Positions 52,152 to 64,000 of a DNA stretch of 64,000 bases are shown piece by piece. The position numbers and the translations under genes were made by a program. The stretch lies in NCBI GenBank assembly GCA_964016885.1, contig OZ024742.1, positions 310,001-374,000 on the forward strand, read 5' to 3'. Below the pieces are notes generated by a model, which was not told the origin of the DNA, ran no database searches, and worked only from the letters and a program-made list of their open reading frames with translations. This stretch comes from Eledone cirrhosa. Lineage: Eukaryota. Each line of letters opens with the position of its first letter. Position 1 is the stretch's first letter.

Positions 52152-52490
52152 CATCATCATCATCATTTCATTTTACGTCCACTTTTCCCTGCTTGCAAGG
52201 GTGGGACAGGAACTGATGCTGGCTTGATTTCTACAGCTGGATGCCCTTCCTAACGCCAACCTCATTTACAGTGAGTGCTGGGTGCTTTTTTGCCATGGCA
52301 CCTCCACGACCACTTTACAGTGGAATGATATGGACCCCAGTCCCTATCATCTCATTTCTACAGCTGAGTAAACTGGAGCAATGTGAAATAAAGTGTCTTG
52401 CTCAAGGAAACAACACATCACCCGGTCTGAGAATTGAACTCACAACCTTTTGATTGCAAGGCCAATGCTCTAACCACTAAGCCATGTGCC
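52150..52490 (-). mobile_element. tRNA-derived SINE with RTE-A-related 3' half
   Basis: Near-identical to 16523-16862. Confidence 0.9.
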
Positions 52491-52557
52491 TATATATATA
52501 TATATATATATAATTTTATTCAAAATAATAAGTGAAACATATTCTCATAACCAAAAT

Positions 52558-52626
52558 ATATATTTTATAATACATATTTCAAAGGTACAATGGTGTTTAA
52601 GTACGTTTTCATCAGATAAAATATAT
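52558..52626 (-). ncRNA. Type I hammerhead ribozyme
   Basis: Minus strand: 11-bp stem I ATATATTTTAT/ATAAAATATAT; CTGATGA; stem II AAA-C-GTAC/GTAC-C-TTT; GAAA; TATGTA stem III; ATT triplet. Confidence 0.8.
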
Positions 52627-55269
52627 GAGAGATTGGATTTGCAACATACCGCCAATAATATTAAAGACTCCAGAATAATTGCTGTCGAGAGCTTCTAATC
52701 TATTGTAAAATTGTATTTGTTGAATAATCAAAGAACCATATAAACTTTGGTTATATATATATAGTAATAATAATAAATTTGAAGACTAAAATCCAAATCA
52801 TATATCTATAGTACATGTGTGGCTACATGTTGCTATCTTAATATATCTACCATACATGTGTTCCTACATGTTGCTGTCATATCTATAGAACATATGCTGC
52901 TCCATGTTATCTTAATATCATACATGTGGTGCCACATGTTGCTGTCTTAATATATCTACGATACATGTGTTGCTACATGTTGGTATCTTAATATCAAAGA
53001 CAATGTAGATTGTGCTGCCAATTAAAATATAGTTTCAGACAACAAAGAAATGTTACCATTTGCTGTTGTTTTAACCAATTAATTTCCTTATCTTTAGTTT
53101 ATCAGAATTGGATATTAAAATACAAATAAAATCATTTTACTCCCAACTTTTTACTCTCTCTCTGTGAGCGTGTGCGTGTATGTGTGAGTGTCTGTCTGTG
53201 TGAGTGAGTGTCTGTGTCAGTGAGTGTCTGTGTGAGTGTGAGAGTGCCTGTGTGAGTGAGTGTGTGAGTGTGTGTCTGATGGTGGTGAAGATGATGAAAA
53301 AAGAAGAGGCCATCTTTGTGTCTAAGAGTCTTCACCATATTCTATAGCATCTCATGAGCACACCACTCTACCAACTTTATCCCCTTAGTGTTTAGTAAAA
53401 GTCCATGAGAATGGCTGTGTGTGTATATATATAGAGAGAGAGGGGGGCGGGGAGAGAGAGAGATGAAGCGAATCTCAACACCAATTGGTTGCGACCTGTG
53501 TGTGTTCAACAAGCCTTTTCAAGATGTGTGTGTATGTATGTGTGTATGTATGTGTGTATATATCATCATCGTTTAACGTCCATATTCCACACTTGCATGG
53601 GTTTGGATATATATATATATATATGCCTCGTTAACAAGCACACTCCTAATGTTAATAAAAGAAATAGCTAATTAGTATAAATTATCATTTGAAATTATTT
53701 GCAGAAAACAACATATTTGTGTGTGTATATATACATATACACACAAATACACACACACACACACACATGTATACACACACACACATCTATATATATATGA
53801 TAAATGGGAAGCAACTATATCAGTAATTATTGAAATGGTTTGTATTTCATTAAAACTGACACCCTAATTGGTTCATTTATTAACCTTAGAAATAATTAGG
53901 TGAGCACAGATTGTTTTATATTCTTTTTGTTGTATCAGTCAATATTTGACAAACATTCTACATCAATGTTAGGGATAACTTTATACAATTGCAAACAGTT
54001 TTTTTATATTTATTTTCATATTTTTATAGCAGAGATAAATTAATAAATTAATCAAGTTAATTAATTAACAGATACAAAAACAAAGCAAAACTAAAAAGCT
54101 GCCTTCAAAAGTCCTGAAGGTCAACAGAAAGGTGTTGTCAGCCAAGTAGACTGAGGCAGAGATATTATGTGGCACTAACATAACGTGGTTTCATAGATAC
54201 ACTTATTATGAACCACGCCATGTTAGTGCCACTTCTAATCTGCCAAACAAAGGGTTGCGAAGACTCTGCAGCAGTATCAAAGACATTGCAATTTCCTTAG
54301 TGTTGGTGCCATGATAAAATGGACTTGGTAAAAGTCAGGATCATATGTCAAGCCCATAGCCGGCCCATCTGGAGGTCAGTGGCTCTTCTTGAATAATGAC
54401 CATTCTCTGACGGTACGTCCAGCCCTTGCTAACAAGGAGAGCAGACATTAAATTATGATGATGGTGGTGGTGGTAATGATGGGGTCTGATGGTGATGATG
54501 GTGATGATGGCTATCTCCCTAGGGTCCATAAAGTATCAACCCTATATAATTTGACATTTTGAAAAACAATAAACACCATAACAGAGGCCAACACCAAATC
54601 AATAGAAATAGATTTTAATTGTCCTTAGCTATTGATTTAAAGGGCAAGTATTGAGGGTGACCAGGGGGACAAATGTAGAGCTACAAAGATACTGAATATA
54701 TCAAGTTATATATATATATTGCTGGTACAGCATTAATTACCGATATATTTAGTCTATCGTGTTATGCCAGAATTTATTGGCTAAACAAAATGTGCAACAG
54801 TGCAGATATCTTTGCAGTTGACCAGGGAATTACAATGTCAATGACCTCACTAGATATTGTATAACTAAATTAACAAAAGACAGGCTTCAAGTAGCTACAT
54901 TATAGTTTGAGTCTTTGTAGAACATAAGAGTTTGGGTGAGTCAACTACAAGATAAGAATATAGAACTACTTTAGATTGATTGTTGACCTTCGTCTGACCT
55001 TCTTTTAGTAGACAGTGTGTAAACTAAAACTATGATGACCAGCATCTCTTGTGAGAGTAATTCAGGTGATTTCTACAGATGACATAAGAAGGGTTTGTAA
55101 AATTAGTAACATCAGTTATTTCAGTATAACAGAGACAAAACTAAACCACAACAGCCTTTTGCTATTTCCACTCAGTTCCTTGGTAAAACTTATTTAAAGG
55201 TTCAGCAATATCTTTCTTTATAAAACTTTTCATAGTGATGATAATGTAATGGTGGTGGTCTTTGTCCAC

Positions 55270-55440
55270 TTTTACCTGGGATGGTCATGGAGGCAGAATC
55301 CTGAAGCACTCATTCCAGTGGGTCCTGTCAGAAACAACCATCTCTAACTGATCCAGCTGGATCCCTAAGCAAGACCAACCAAACTCATGGATGCCATTAT
55401 TTAACCATCTTTGTCAGAATCTCCTGTAGGCTGGTTTTAA
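55270..55440 (-). pseudogene. Old RTE (Rex3/Expander-like) C-terminal remnant
   Basis: Minus translation ..QRWLNNGIHEFGWSCLGIQLDQLEMVVSDRTHW..RILPP*PS resembles the RW..W.RLGI...LE.V..R..W..LLPPRP terminus. Confidence 0.55.
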
Positions 55441-55840
55441 CCAAAAGTGGAAAATTGGCAAAGTTGTTATAACATTGAATTAGGATGTTTAGTCATATTT
55501 GCCCCTCTATACTCTCAGTTCAAATCCCACTGAGGTCAATTTTGTCCTCCATCCTTTCTAGGTTGATAAAGCACCAGTTTGTTACTGAGGTTGATGTTTC
55601 TTCTATCGCGCTTTCTCTGTATTACACTGGAAGAATCTATGTTCCAACCTGATAAACTTAACACCTATATTGAGGGTTGGTTTTATTATGCTATTGGGGT
55701 GGTGGGTTGGCCCATTTCTCACACATAAAATAGTGGGCTTTGCTTATATTGTGTATATACAACACACACAAACATATTAAACTTAAACCAAAATCGCAAT
55801 TTAGGGGATATAAGCTAGACCAACTAAAATAAGGATATAT

Positions 55841-58553
55841 GGAGGCACATGGCTTAGTGGTTAGGGCATTGGCCTTGCAATCGAAAGGTTGTGAGTTCAA
55901 TTCTCAGACTGGGTGATGTGTTGTTTCCTTGAGCAAGACACTTTATTTCACATTGCTCCAGTTTACTCAGCTGTAGAAATGAGATGATAGGGACTGGGGT
56001 CCATATCATTCCACTGCAAAGTAGTCGTGGAGGTGCCATGGCAAAAAAAGCACCCAGCACTCACTGTAAATGAGGTTGGTGTTAGGAAGGGCATCCCACT
56101 GGAACAATAAGGTAGATGAAGCAGTCAAGGCCAAGAGACAGGCATGGAAAGAATGGAAGAACGGGGGGAGCAGGGTACATTACATAGAGACCAAGAGGGA
56201 AGCTAGGCGACAAGTATACTTAGCTAGGAGGGAAGCAGAGGATAGAAAATTCAAGCATGTTTTACAACGTGAGGACCAGAAACAGGAGGTATTCAAGATT
56301 GCGAGGCAGTGTGTCAGAGATAGTTGTGATGTCATTGGAGAGAAGTGTATCCGGAATGATAAAGGTGAGCTTGCCCTCACAAGTGCTGAGAAGAAAGATG
56401 CATGGAAGAGTCATTATGATAGATTACTAAATGAGGAGAATGCATGGGAAGAAGAGACCCTACCCCACGTAGACCCTATAGAGGGACCAGCAGTACAAGT
56501 CAGCGGCAGCGTAGTAAGTAAGGCAATCAGAGATATGAAGATAGGGAAGGCAACCGGTCCATCGGGTATAGCTGCCGAGATGCTGAAGGCATCTGGGTCT
56601 GTAGGTCACACTATAACCACACGTATCGTTAACCAGGTAATACTAGAGGGGGCCATACCAAAAGATTGGTGCAGTAGCATCATTGTCAACTGCTACAAAG
56701 GTAAAGGCGATGCACTAGATAGAGGAAACTATAGAGGTATAAAGTTGATGGACCAGGTCATGAAAGTAACAGAAAGAGTTATAGCACAGCTGATTAGGGA
56801 CCGGGTGAATATAGACGAGATGCAATTTGGGTTTGTACCAGGGAAAGGCACCACTGATGCCCTCTTCCTTGTGAAGCAATTACAGGAAAAGTACCTAGCT
56901 AAAAGTAAGCCACTCTACTTGGCATTTGTCGACCTTGAGAAAGCCTTTGACAGAGTTCCACGTGCAGTAATCTGGTGGGCTCTTAGAAAACTAGGAGTAG
57001 ATGAATGGCTTGTGAAAGCGGTACAAGCCATGTATAGGGGAGCAGTCAGCAAAGTTAGGATTGGCAATGAGTATAGCGAGGAATTTAGCGTACAGGTTGG
57101 GGTCCACCAGGGCTCTGTTCTTAGCCCTCTCCTGTTCATCATAGTCCTGCAGGCAATAACGGAGGAGTTTAAGACTGGATGCCCATGGGAACTCCTGTAT
57201 GCTGATGACCTCGCACTCATAGCTGAATCTATGGTAGAACTAGAGAATAAATTCCAAACCTGGAAGCAGGGACTAGAGAGAAAGGGCCTCAAAGTCAACA
57301 TGACAAAGACTAAGGTCCTTATAAGTAGACGAGAAAACAGAACCCAGATCCCCTCAGGGAAATGGCCTTGCTCAGTATGTAGGAAAGGTGTAGGTAGGAA
57401 CTCCATTCTCTGCCCCAAATGCAAACAATGGGTACACAAGAGATGTAGCGGGATCTCAGGAAGCTTAATTAAGAATGTAGGATTCACATGCAGCAGCTGT
57501 GCTGAAACAGCAAGCAAACAGCCACAGGAAACAAGTACCACCAATCTCTGGGAGGGCCCTGTAGAAACAGTAGACAGCTTCTGCTACCTAGGTGACCGAA
57601 TTAGCAACGGAGGTGGGTGCTCAGAAAGTACAATAACTAGGGTAAGAACGGGATGGAAGAAGTTTAGGGAACTACTACCACTGCTAGCTGCAAAAGGCTT
57701 CTCCCTCAGAATGAAAGGCAGACTGTATGATGCGTGTATCCGAACAGCGATGTTGCATGGTAGTGAGACCTGGGCGCTGAAGGTGGAAGACTTACGTAGA
57801 TTAGAGAGAAACGAAGCCTGCATGCTCCGATGGATGTGTAACAGTAATATACGTGAACGACAAAGCATAAAGGAATTGAGAGAGAGACTGAGCATAAGAG
57901 GAATCAAATGCTGCGTGCAGGAGAGGCGGTTACGCTGGTATGGACATGTGATGCGTATGAAGGATGACAGCTGCATAAAAAGGTGCAGAGCACTAGAAGT
58001 TGATGGAAACCGCGGAGTGGGGAGACCCAAGATGACTTGGGATGAGGTGATAAAAGCCGACCTTACCCAACTACACCTCTCAAAGTAAATGACACACGAC
58101 CGTGACTTCTGGCGTCACGCAGTAATACAGGGTACCCGACCTCCCATGGGTACATGCTGAAGCATATAAACAATATGCCCCCCCCCCCCCCACCGCAAGG
58201 TGGTCGTGGAGGTGCCACGGCAAAAAAGCACCCAGCCCACACTGTAAAGTGGACGTGTAGGCGCCACGAAAAAGCACCCAGCACTCACTGTAAATGAGGT
58301 TGGTGTTAGGAAGGGCATCCAGCTGTAGAAATCAAGCCAGATCAGTTCCTGTATGAGCAAGGCATGGTCAGCCGACCAGACACTGCCCACAACAGGACAA
58401 CCCGTCTAACCCATGCTAGCGTGGAAGAACGGACGTAAAACGGTGATGATGATGATGATCCAGCTGTAGAAATCAAGCCAGAATCAGTTCCCGTCCCACC
58501 CTTGCAAGCAGGGAAAAGTGGACGTAAAATGAAATGATGATGATGATGATGAT
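55841..58553 (+). mobile_element. tRNA-derived SINE split by an RTE-A insertion (SINE halves 55841-56096 and 58458-58553)
   Basis: The two halves join into the same sequence as the SINEs at 16523 and 52150; ATCC is duplicated at both junctions. Confidence 0.9.
56100..58457 (+). mobile_element. RTE LINE family A, 5'-truncated (no APE), complete RT, late premature stop
   Basis: Almost identical to ~10916-13280; TCA>TAA at 58086-58088. Confidence 0.95.
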
Positions 58554-58725
58554 ATAAATATATATATATATATATAAATTTTGAGTATGTGTTGGTTGTT
58601 TACCGACACCTCAGTATGCAGGCTGGAGCACTCGACAAAGTACACAGGTTGGTTTGTTTACTCCGGAGTAATGTAAAATAAGTAAGTCAAACATGTTAAA
58701 TTTGGCTTCATTTATTATAAATTCT

Positions 58726-58778
58726 CTGCTATATATATTTCAGTGACAGTTATTATTAGCTGTGACCTCATCAGGCAG
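58726..58778 (-). ncRNA. Type I hammerhead ribozyme (intact core)
   Basis: Minus strand CTGC-CTGATGA-GGTCACAGCTAATAATAACTGTCACT-GAAA-TATATA-TA-GCAG, followed by AATAAA. Confidence 0.85.
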
Positions 58779-58947
58779 TACGAATTAATGTAGAAAAAAC
58801 AGGTAAACATGGTGTTGTAATGTGTTCCACTCTGTTAATTCATCGATATGTCCAGCTCCTGGGTGTGTTGTTAGTCCTACGAGGAACTGCAATCATTATA
58901 ACACACTAAAACACCATGTTTACCTGTCCTTTCTACATTAATTCGTA

Positions 58948-59000
58948 CTGCTTGGAGAGGTCACAGCTAATAATAGCTGTCACTGAAATATATATAGCAG
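58948..59000 (+). ncRNA. Hammerhead copy with mutated core (TTGGAGA), probably inactive
   Basis: CTGC-TTGGAGA-GGTCACAGCTAATAATAGCTGTCACT-GAAA-TATATA-TA-GCAG. Confidence 0.65.
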
Positions 59001-59057
59001 AGAATTTATAATAAACGAAGTCAAATTTAACATGTTTGAGTTACTTATTTTATATAC

Positions 59058-59968
59058 ATACTAACAGAATGGCCCGGCGTTGTTCGGGATTTGCTCTAGG
59101 GTTCTTATATATTTGATATATATTTATCCTTCTCGAGCTTCGTGAAGTAAATACGTTTGTTTATATTTTGTTATTGTGTATGCAAAAATATCTGTACACG
59201 AATATATAAATAACAGTATAGAGAAATACGGAAGACCTCGACCTCAGGTTGGTGTCTACATTTTGTGCTTATGAAAAAAATGTGTCGTACATTACCAGGG
59301 TTTTTTCCGTTCGAAGAAAATCAATACTTCATTGCAAAATAAATTACTTTTGTTTATGTGTATGCAAAAATATCTGTACACAAATATATAATTATATATA
59401 TAAATGAAAGGTATAGAAATTGTTGTAGCGAGAAGCTAACAGTATTCCATAACATATATGTGACTATAGCGTAAAAATGGGAAAATAGTTAACATAAGAT
59501 ATGGGAAAAATAATTCAGACTCAATTCAAAAGGAATCAGGATATAGATTTATCCAACAGAATTTAGAGAAATCCAGGGAAAAATCAATAGAGCCTTAACT
59601 CATGATAAAACAAAGTCTAAAGTACTCAACCTTCAATTTGGGACAACTTCAAATGCTCTGTATAGTCTTGAAAAGACTATTTCACGAAAACTTTCAGTGG
59701 AGATGGTCACGGTTGGATTTCGTTCGTCAGCAGAGCTCAACATGGTAACCAAGGTCTCAATGGTAATATGCCAAAAAGGGAATTTAAAAGCAGGCTAGTT
59801 TAACATCATGCGTGGTTATTAAAATAAACGCACATGTGGAAAAACAGGGCTGGTGACGTCAGAATGAGACAAATGTTTGTTTACATGAAACAACAGTCAA
59901 AAACATTCCGTAAGAAAACTCTACAAAAGGAGTTCAGCAAAAAGCAATATCATCGCGGTCTTTTTCCA

Positions 59969-60005
<37 letters not shown>

Positions 60006-61204
60006 GGTAGGAACTCCATTCTCTGCCCCAAATGCAAACAATGGGTACACAAGAGATGTAGCGGGATCTCAGGAAGCTTAATTAAGTATGTAGGCTTCAC
60101 ATGTAGCAGCTGTGCTGGGACAGCAAGCAGCAAACAGCCACAGGAAACAAGTACCACCAATCTCTGGGAGGGCTCTGTAGAAACAGTAAACAGCTTCTGC
60201 TACCTAGGTGACCGAATTAGCAGCGGAGGTGGGTGTTCAGAAAATACAATAACTAGGGTAAGAACGGGATGGAAGAAGTTCAGGGAACTACTGCCACTGC
60301 TAGCTGCAAAAGACTTCTCCCTCAAAATGAAAGGCAGACTGTATGATGCATGTATCCGAACAGCAATGTTACATGGTAGTGAGACCAGGGCGCTGAAGGT
60401 GGAAGACTTATGTAGATTAGAAAGAAACGAAGCCTGCATGCTCTGATGGATGTGTAATAGTAATATACGTGAACGGCAAAGCATAAATGAATTGAGAGAG
60501 AGACTTAGCATAAGAGAAATCAAATGCTGTGTGCAGGAGAGGTGGTTGTGTTGGTATGGACATGTGATGCGTATGAAGGATGACAGCTGCATAAAAAGGT
60601 GCAGAGCACTAGAAGTCAATGGAAACCGCGGAGTGGGGAGACCCTAGAAGACCTGGGATGAGATGATAAAAGCCGACCTTACCCAATTACACCTCTCAAA
60701 GGCAATGACACACAGCCGTGACCTCTGGCGTCACGCAGTAATACAGAGTACCCAACCTCCCATGGGTACAAGCTGAAGCATATAGACAATATGCCCCCAC
60801 ACCCTCCCACTGCAAGGTGGTCGTGGAGGTGCCATGGCAAAAAAGCACCCAGCCCACACTGTAAAGTGGACGTGTAGGCGCCACGGGAAAAAGCACCCAG
60901 CACTCACTGTAAATGAGGTTGGTGTTAGGAAGGGCATCCAGCTGTAGAAATCAAGCCAAATCAGTTCCTGTATGAGCAAGGCATGGTCAGCCGACCAGAC
61001 ACTGCCCACAACAGGACAACCCGTCTAATCCATGCTAGCGTGGAAGAACGGACGTAAAATGGTGATGACGATGATGATGATGATTAAAATAACAGATTAA
61101 AGTTTAAGCAAAGAATCGGTGTTTTCACTCTTAACGGGATCTTCTGAAACTAAAATAATAAATCTGTGAACGCAGAAGTAAATATTTCGAAAAACGTTAC
61201 ACAC

Positions 61205-61236
<32 letters not shown>

Positions 61237-61660
61237 ATATATACATATATTAACACACACACCGCGTCATAATGACGTAATGCAGACAGCCAGGCATACA
61301 GACAGATATTATAATTGTTTCTACTTTTGGCACAAGGCCAGCAATCCTCCCAGTGTATTACTGGTACTTTATTTTATCGACCCCGTAAGGATGAAAGGCA
61401 AAGTTAACCAGACAGATATTATAATGGCGCAACGTTATATCTATGTATCTATCTAAAAAGAGAAAGACTAAGAGTTATAGAGAGAGATTGCTAAATCGCC
61501 TAATGCGGTCCCTAAAGCATTGAAAATTAGAAAAAAATTTGCTCAAAACACTCACGGGACCATAAGTATTACATGTGTAAAGTTTGAAAAAACTCAGTTG
61601 GGTGGTTCTCGAGTTTTAGTGATTGGACAGACAGACAGACATTCTCTGTTTTAGTTATAT
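59058..61660 (+). mobile_element. Possible non-autonomous Helentron/DINE-1-like element with nested insertions
   Basis: 5' TACTAACAGAATGGCCCGGCGTTGTTCGGG hairpin; 3' AAAGTTTGAA..GTGGTTCTCGAG..(GACA)n..TTATATAT; the interior is not resolved. Confidence 0.4.
60004..61084 (+). mobile_element. RTE family A, diverged, 5'-truncated copy with stops
   Basis: Homologous to 12207-13283, with in-frame TGA/TAG; (GAT)n tail. Confidence 0.9.
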
Positions 61661-61879
61661 ATATATATATATATATCAAATTTATCCCGAACACCCTGTA
61701 TATATATGCAGGATAAGAGGTTATCGTTATAGGCAGTCCACTTAGATGTAGTCCAGTTAGAGTACTCGTGTAGTGGATGGTATTAACGTATAGCTTAGTT
61801 TGACTCAACAAGACGTTTCCATAGTGATGCTGCGAGTTCGCGGTGATTTCTAGCCCATATTGTATAGCCAACCATGTCA

Positions 61880-62028
<149 letters not shown>

Positions 62029-62342
62029 CAAAGGAAATGTGGTAAGGAACCAGGTGGACCATAACGCACCAAAGTACTCAATACTTAGGGTAGTAGAGTT
62101 GGTAATAGGAACGAGTAGGACCCCGACGGCTAATTTAGATTTAGGTTAGTTGCTTTGGACTATATTTGTAATATGGTTCTTAATGTTATATACATCCTTA
62201 GTTATTCTTATTATATATTTTTATTATTTTTATTTTTATTTTTTTTATTATATATTTTTGCAAGACTTTAGTGTATGTACACTCCATATTCTTCGGAGCT
62301 TCCGGCTTGTATCTGCCGATATTACTTCTTGTTGTTTTGATT

Positions 62343-62380
62343 GCCCTGATGAGTCCTTAATAGGACGAAACATTGTCGGC
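62343..62380 (+). ncRNA. Canonical minimal type I hammerhead ribozyme
   Basis: GCC-CTGATGA-GTCCT-TAAT-AGGAC-GAAA-CATTG-TC-GGC, then AATAAA at 62382. Confidence 0.9.
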
Positions 62381-62444
62381 TAATAAAAACTTTTGATGTA
62401 TTAAAGGATTCTTTGTTTTACTCTCTTAATATATATATATATAA

Positions 62445-64000
62445 GTCAGTCTCCCCCATATCGACCCGATAGAGGGACCAGCAGTGTTAGTCGAGGGGAG
62501 TATAATAAGTAAGGCAATCAAGGATATGAAGACGGGTAAGGCGGCTGGGCCTTCGGAAATAGTTGCTGAGATGCTGAAGGCATCTGGCACGGTGGGACAC
62601 ACCATGGTCACCCGCATAGTTAACCAAGTCGTACAGAATGGGGTTGTTCCGAAGGACTGGCATAGCAGCATCATCGTTAACTGTTATAAGGGTAAAGGAG
62701 ACGCCCTAGATAAGAGTAACTATAGAGGCATTAAATTAATCGACCAGGTCATGAAGGTCACGGAAAAAGTAATAGCGCAACTAATCAGAGAGAGAATTGA
62801 CCTAGATGAAATGCAGTTCGGGTTTGTGTCAGGCAAAAGCACCACAGACGCCCTTTTCATAGTACGACAACTACAGGAGAAGTACCTAGCTAAAGGTAGA
62901 CCCCTCTACTTAGCTTTTGTCGACCTGGAGAAAGCCTTCGACAGAGTCCCCCGCTCCATTATCTGGTGGGCTCTTAGAAAACTAGGCGTTGACGAATGGC
63001 TTGTGAGGGCTATACAAGCCATGTATAAAGAAACAGTCAGCAAGGTTAGAATTAACAACGAATATAGTGAAGAGTTTAGCGTAAAAGTTGGCGTCCATCA
63101 GGGCTCTGTTCTCAGCCCCCTACTATTTATTATTGCCCTTCAGGCTATAACAGAGGAGTTCAAGACAGGCTGCCCATGGGAACTCCTATACGCAGACGAC
63201 CTGACACTCATAGCGGAATCAATGGCCGAGCTAGAGAAGAAATTCCAAACATGGAAGCACGGCCTAGAGTCAAAAGGACTTAAAATTAACCTGGCTAAGA
63301 CCAAAGTTCTAGTTTGTAGGAAAGAAAACAAGGCGGCGGTCCCTTCTGGGAAATGGTCGTGCTCGGTGTGTAGGAAAGGCGTAGGTAGAAACTCCATTTT
63401 ATGTCCTAAATGCAAAGTATGGGTGCATAAAAGATGTAGTGGGATCACAGGTAAGCTAACTAAGAACATAGATTTTACATGTGGCCGGTGTTCTGGTGCA
63501 ATAAGTAGCAGCAAGTGCCCACAAAATACTAGCTCTTTCAATTGCGCAGAGGGTTCTATAGAAATAGTGGACAGCTTCCGTTACCTGGGCGATAAAATCA
63601 GCAGTGGGGGAGGGTGCTCTGAAAGTACTGTAGCTAGAGTCAGAACTGGTTGGAAAAAGTTCAGAGAGCTTATACCACTATTAGCTGCTAAAGGGTTCTC
63701 CCTAAAAATGAAAGGCAGGTTGTACGATGCCTGCATACGAACAGCAATGTTGCATGGTAGTGAGACCTGGGCATTGTGTGCAGAGGATATATGCAGACTA
63801 GAGAGGAACGAAGCTTGCATGCTCCGCTGGATGTGTAACAGTAATATACGTGAACGGCAAAGCATAAACGAACTAAGGAAAAAATTAGAGATAAGAGGGA
63901 TCAGATGTTGTTTACTCGAGAGAAGGCTACGTTGGTATGGACACGTGATGCGCATGAAAGTCGATAGCTGTATAACAAAGTGCAGGGCAATAAAGATAGA
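62445..64000 (+). mobile_element. RTE LINE family B, 5'-truncated, RT domain, running off the window end
   Basis: [50 protein letters not shown]-like cluster..[10 protein letters not shown]. Confidence 0.9.

Larger units (their letters stand above)
58674..59052. repeat. ~150-bp inverted repeat (arms 58674-58826 and 58900-59052), each arm carrying a hammerhead motif
   Basis: Arms are reverse complements with scattered mismatches. Confidence 0.9.

Noticed and set aside
54975-55075. Possible minus-strand exon (KSPELLSQEMLVII..), and another near 49190-49308
   Set aside because: Weak splice signals and no recognisable protein similarity
55841-55915. tRNA gene
   Set aside because: The A/B boxes belong to a SINE head; no complete cloverleaf

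Overview
Repeat-dominated, AT-rich eukaryotic DNA. The SINE/RTE/microsatellite inventory suggests a cephalopod (octopus-like) genome, which is an inference. The window holds: (i) two RTE-clade LINE families, including one apparently intact APE+RT ORF with a PHD-type C4HC3 finger inside the RT region; (ii) a CR1-like LINE fragment; (iii) several Penelope-like element (PLE) remnants of Neptune- and Naiad-like type, with about ten type-I hammerhead ribozyme motifs on both strands, two with a U3-A8 compensatory core and two with very long structured stem II; (iv) tRNA-derived SINEs, one family sharing its 3' half with the RTE LINE; (v) a ~23 kb 90-bp satellite with higher-order structure, derived from the C-terminal coding segment of an old RTE LINE, next to a 63-bp tandem array derived from a SINE B-box region; (vi) a probable terminal exon of an unidentified minus-strand host gene; and (vii) extensive (TA)n microsatellites, which flank most insertions. 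The very long His-rich and Ile/Tyr-rich ORFs in the track are most likely repeat artefacts. All structures were read by eye and no folding or database search was run.
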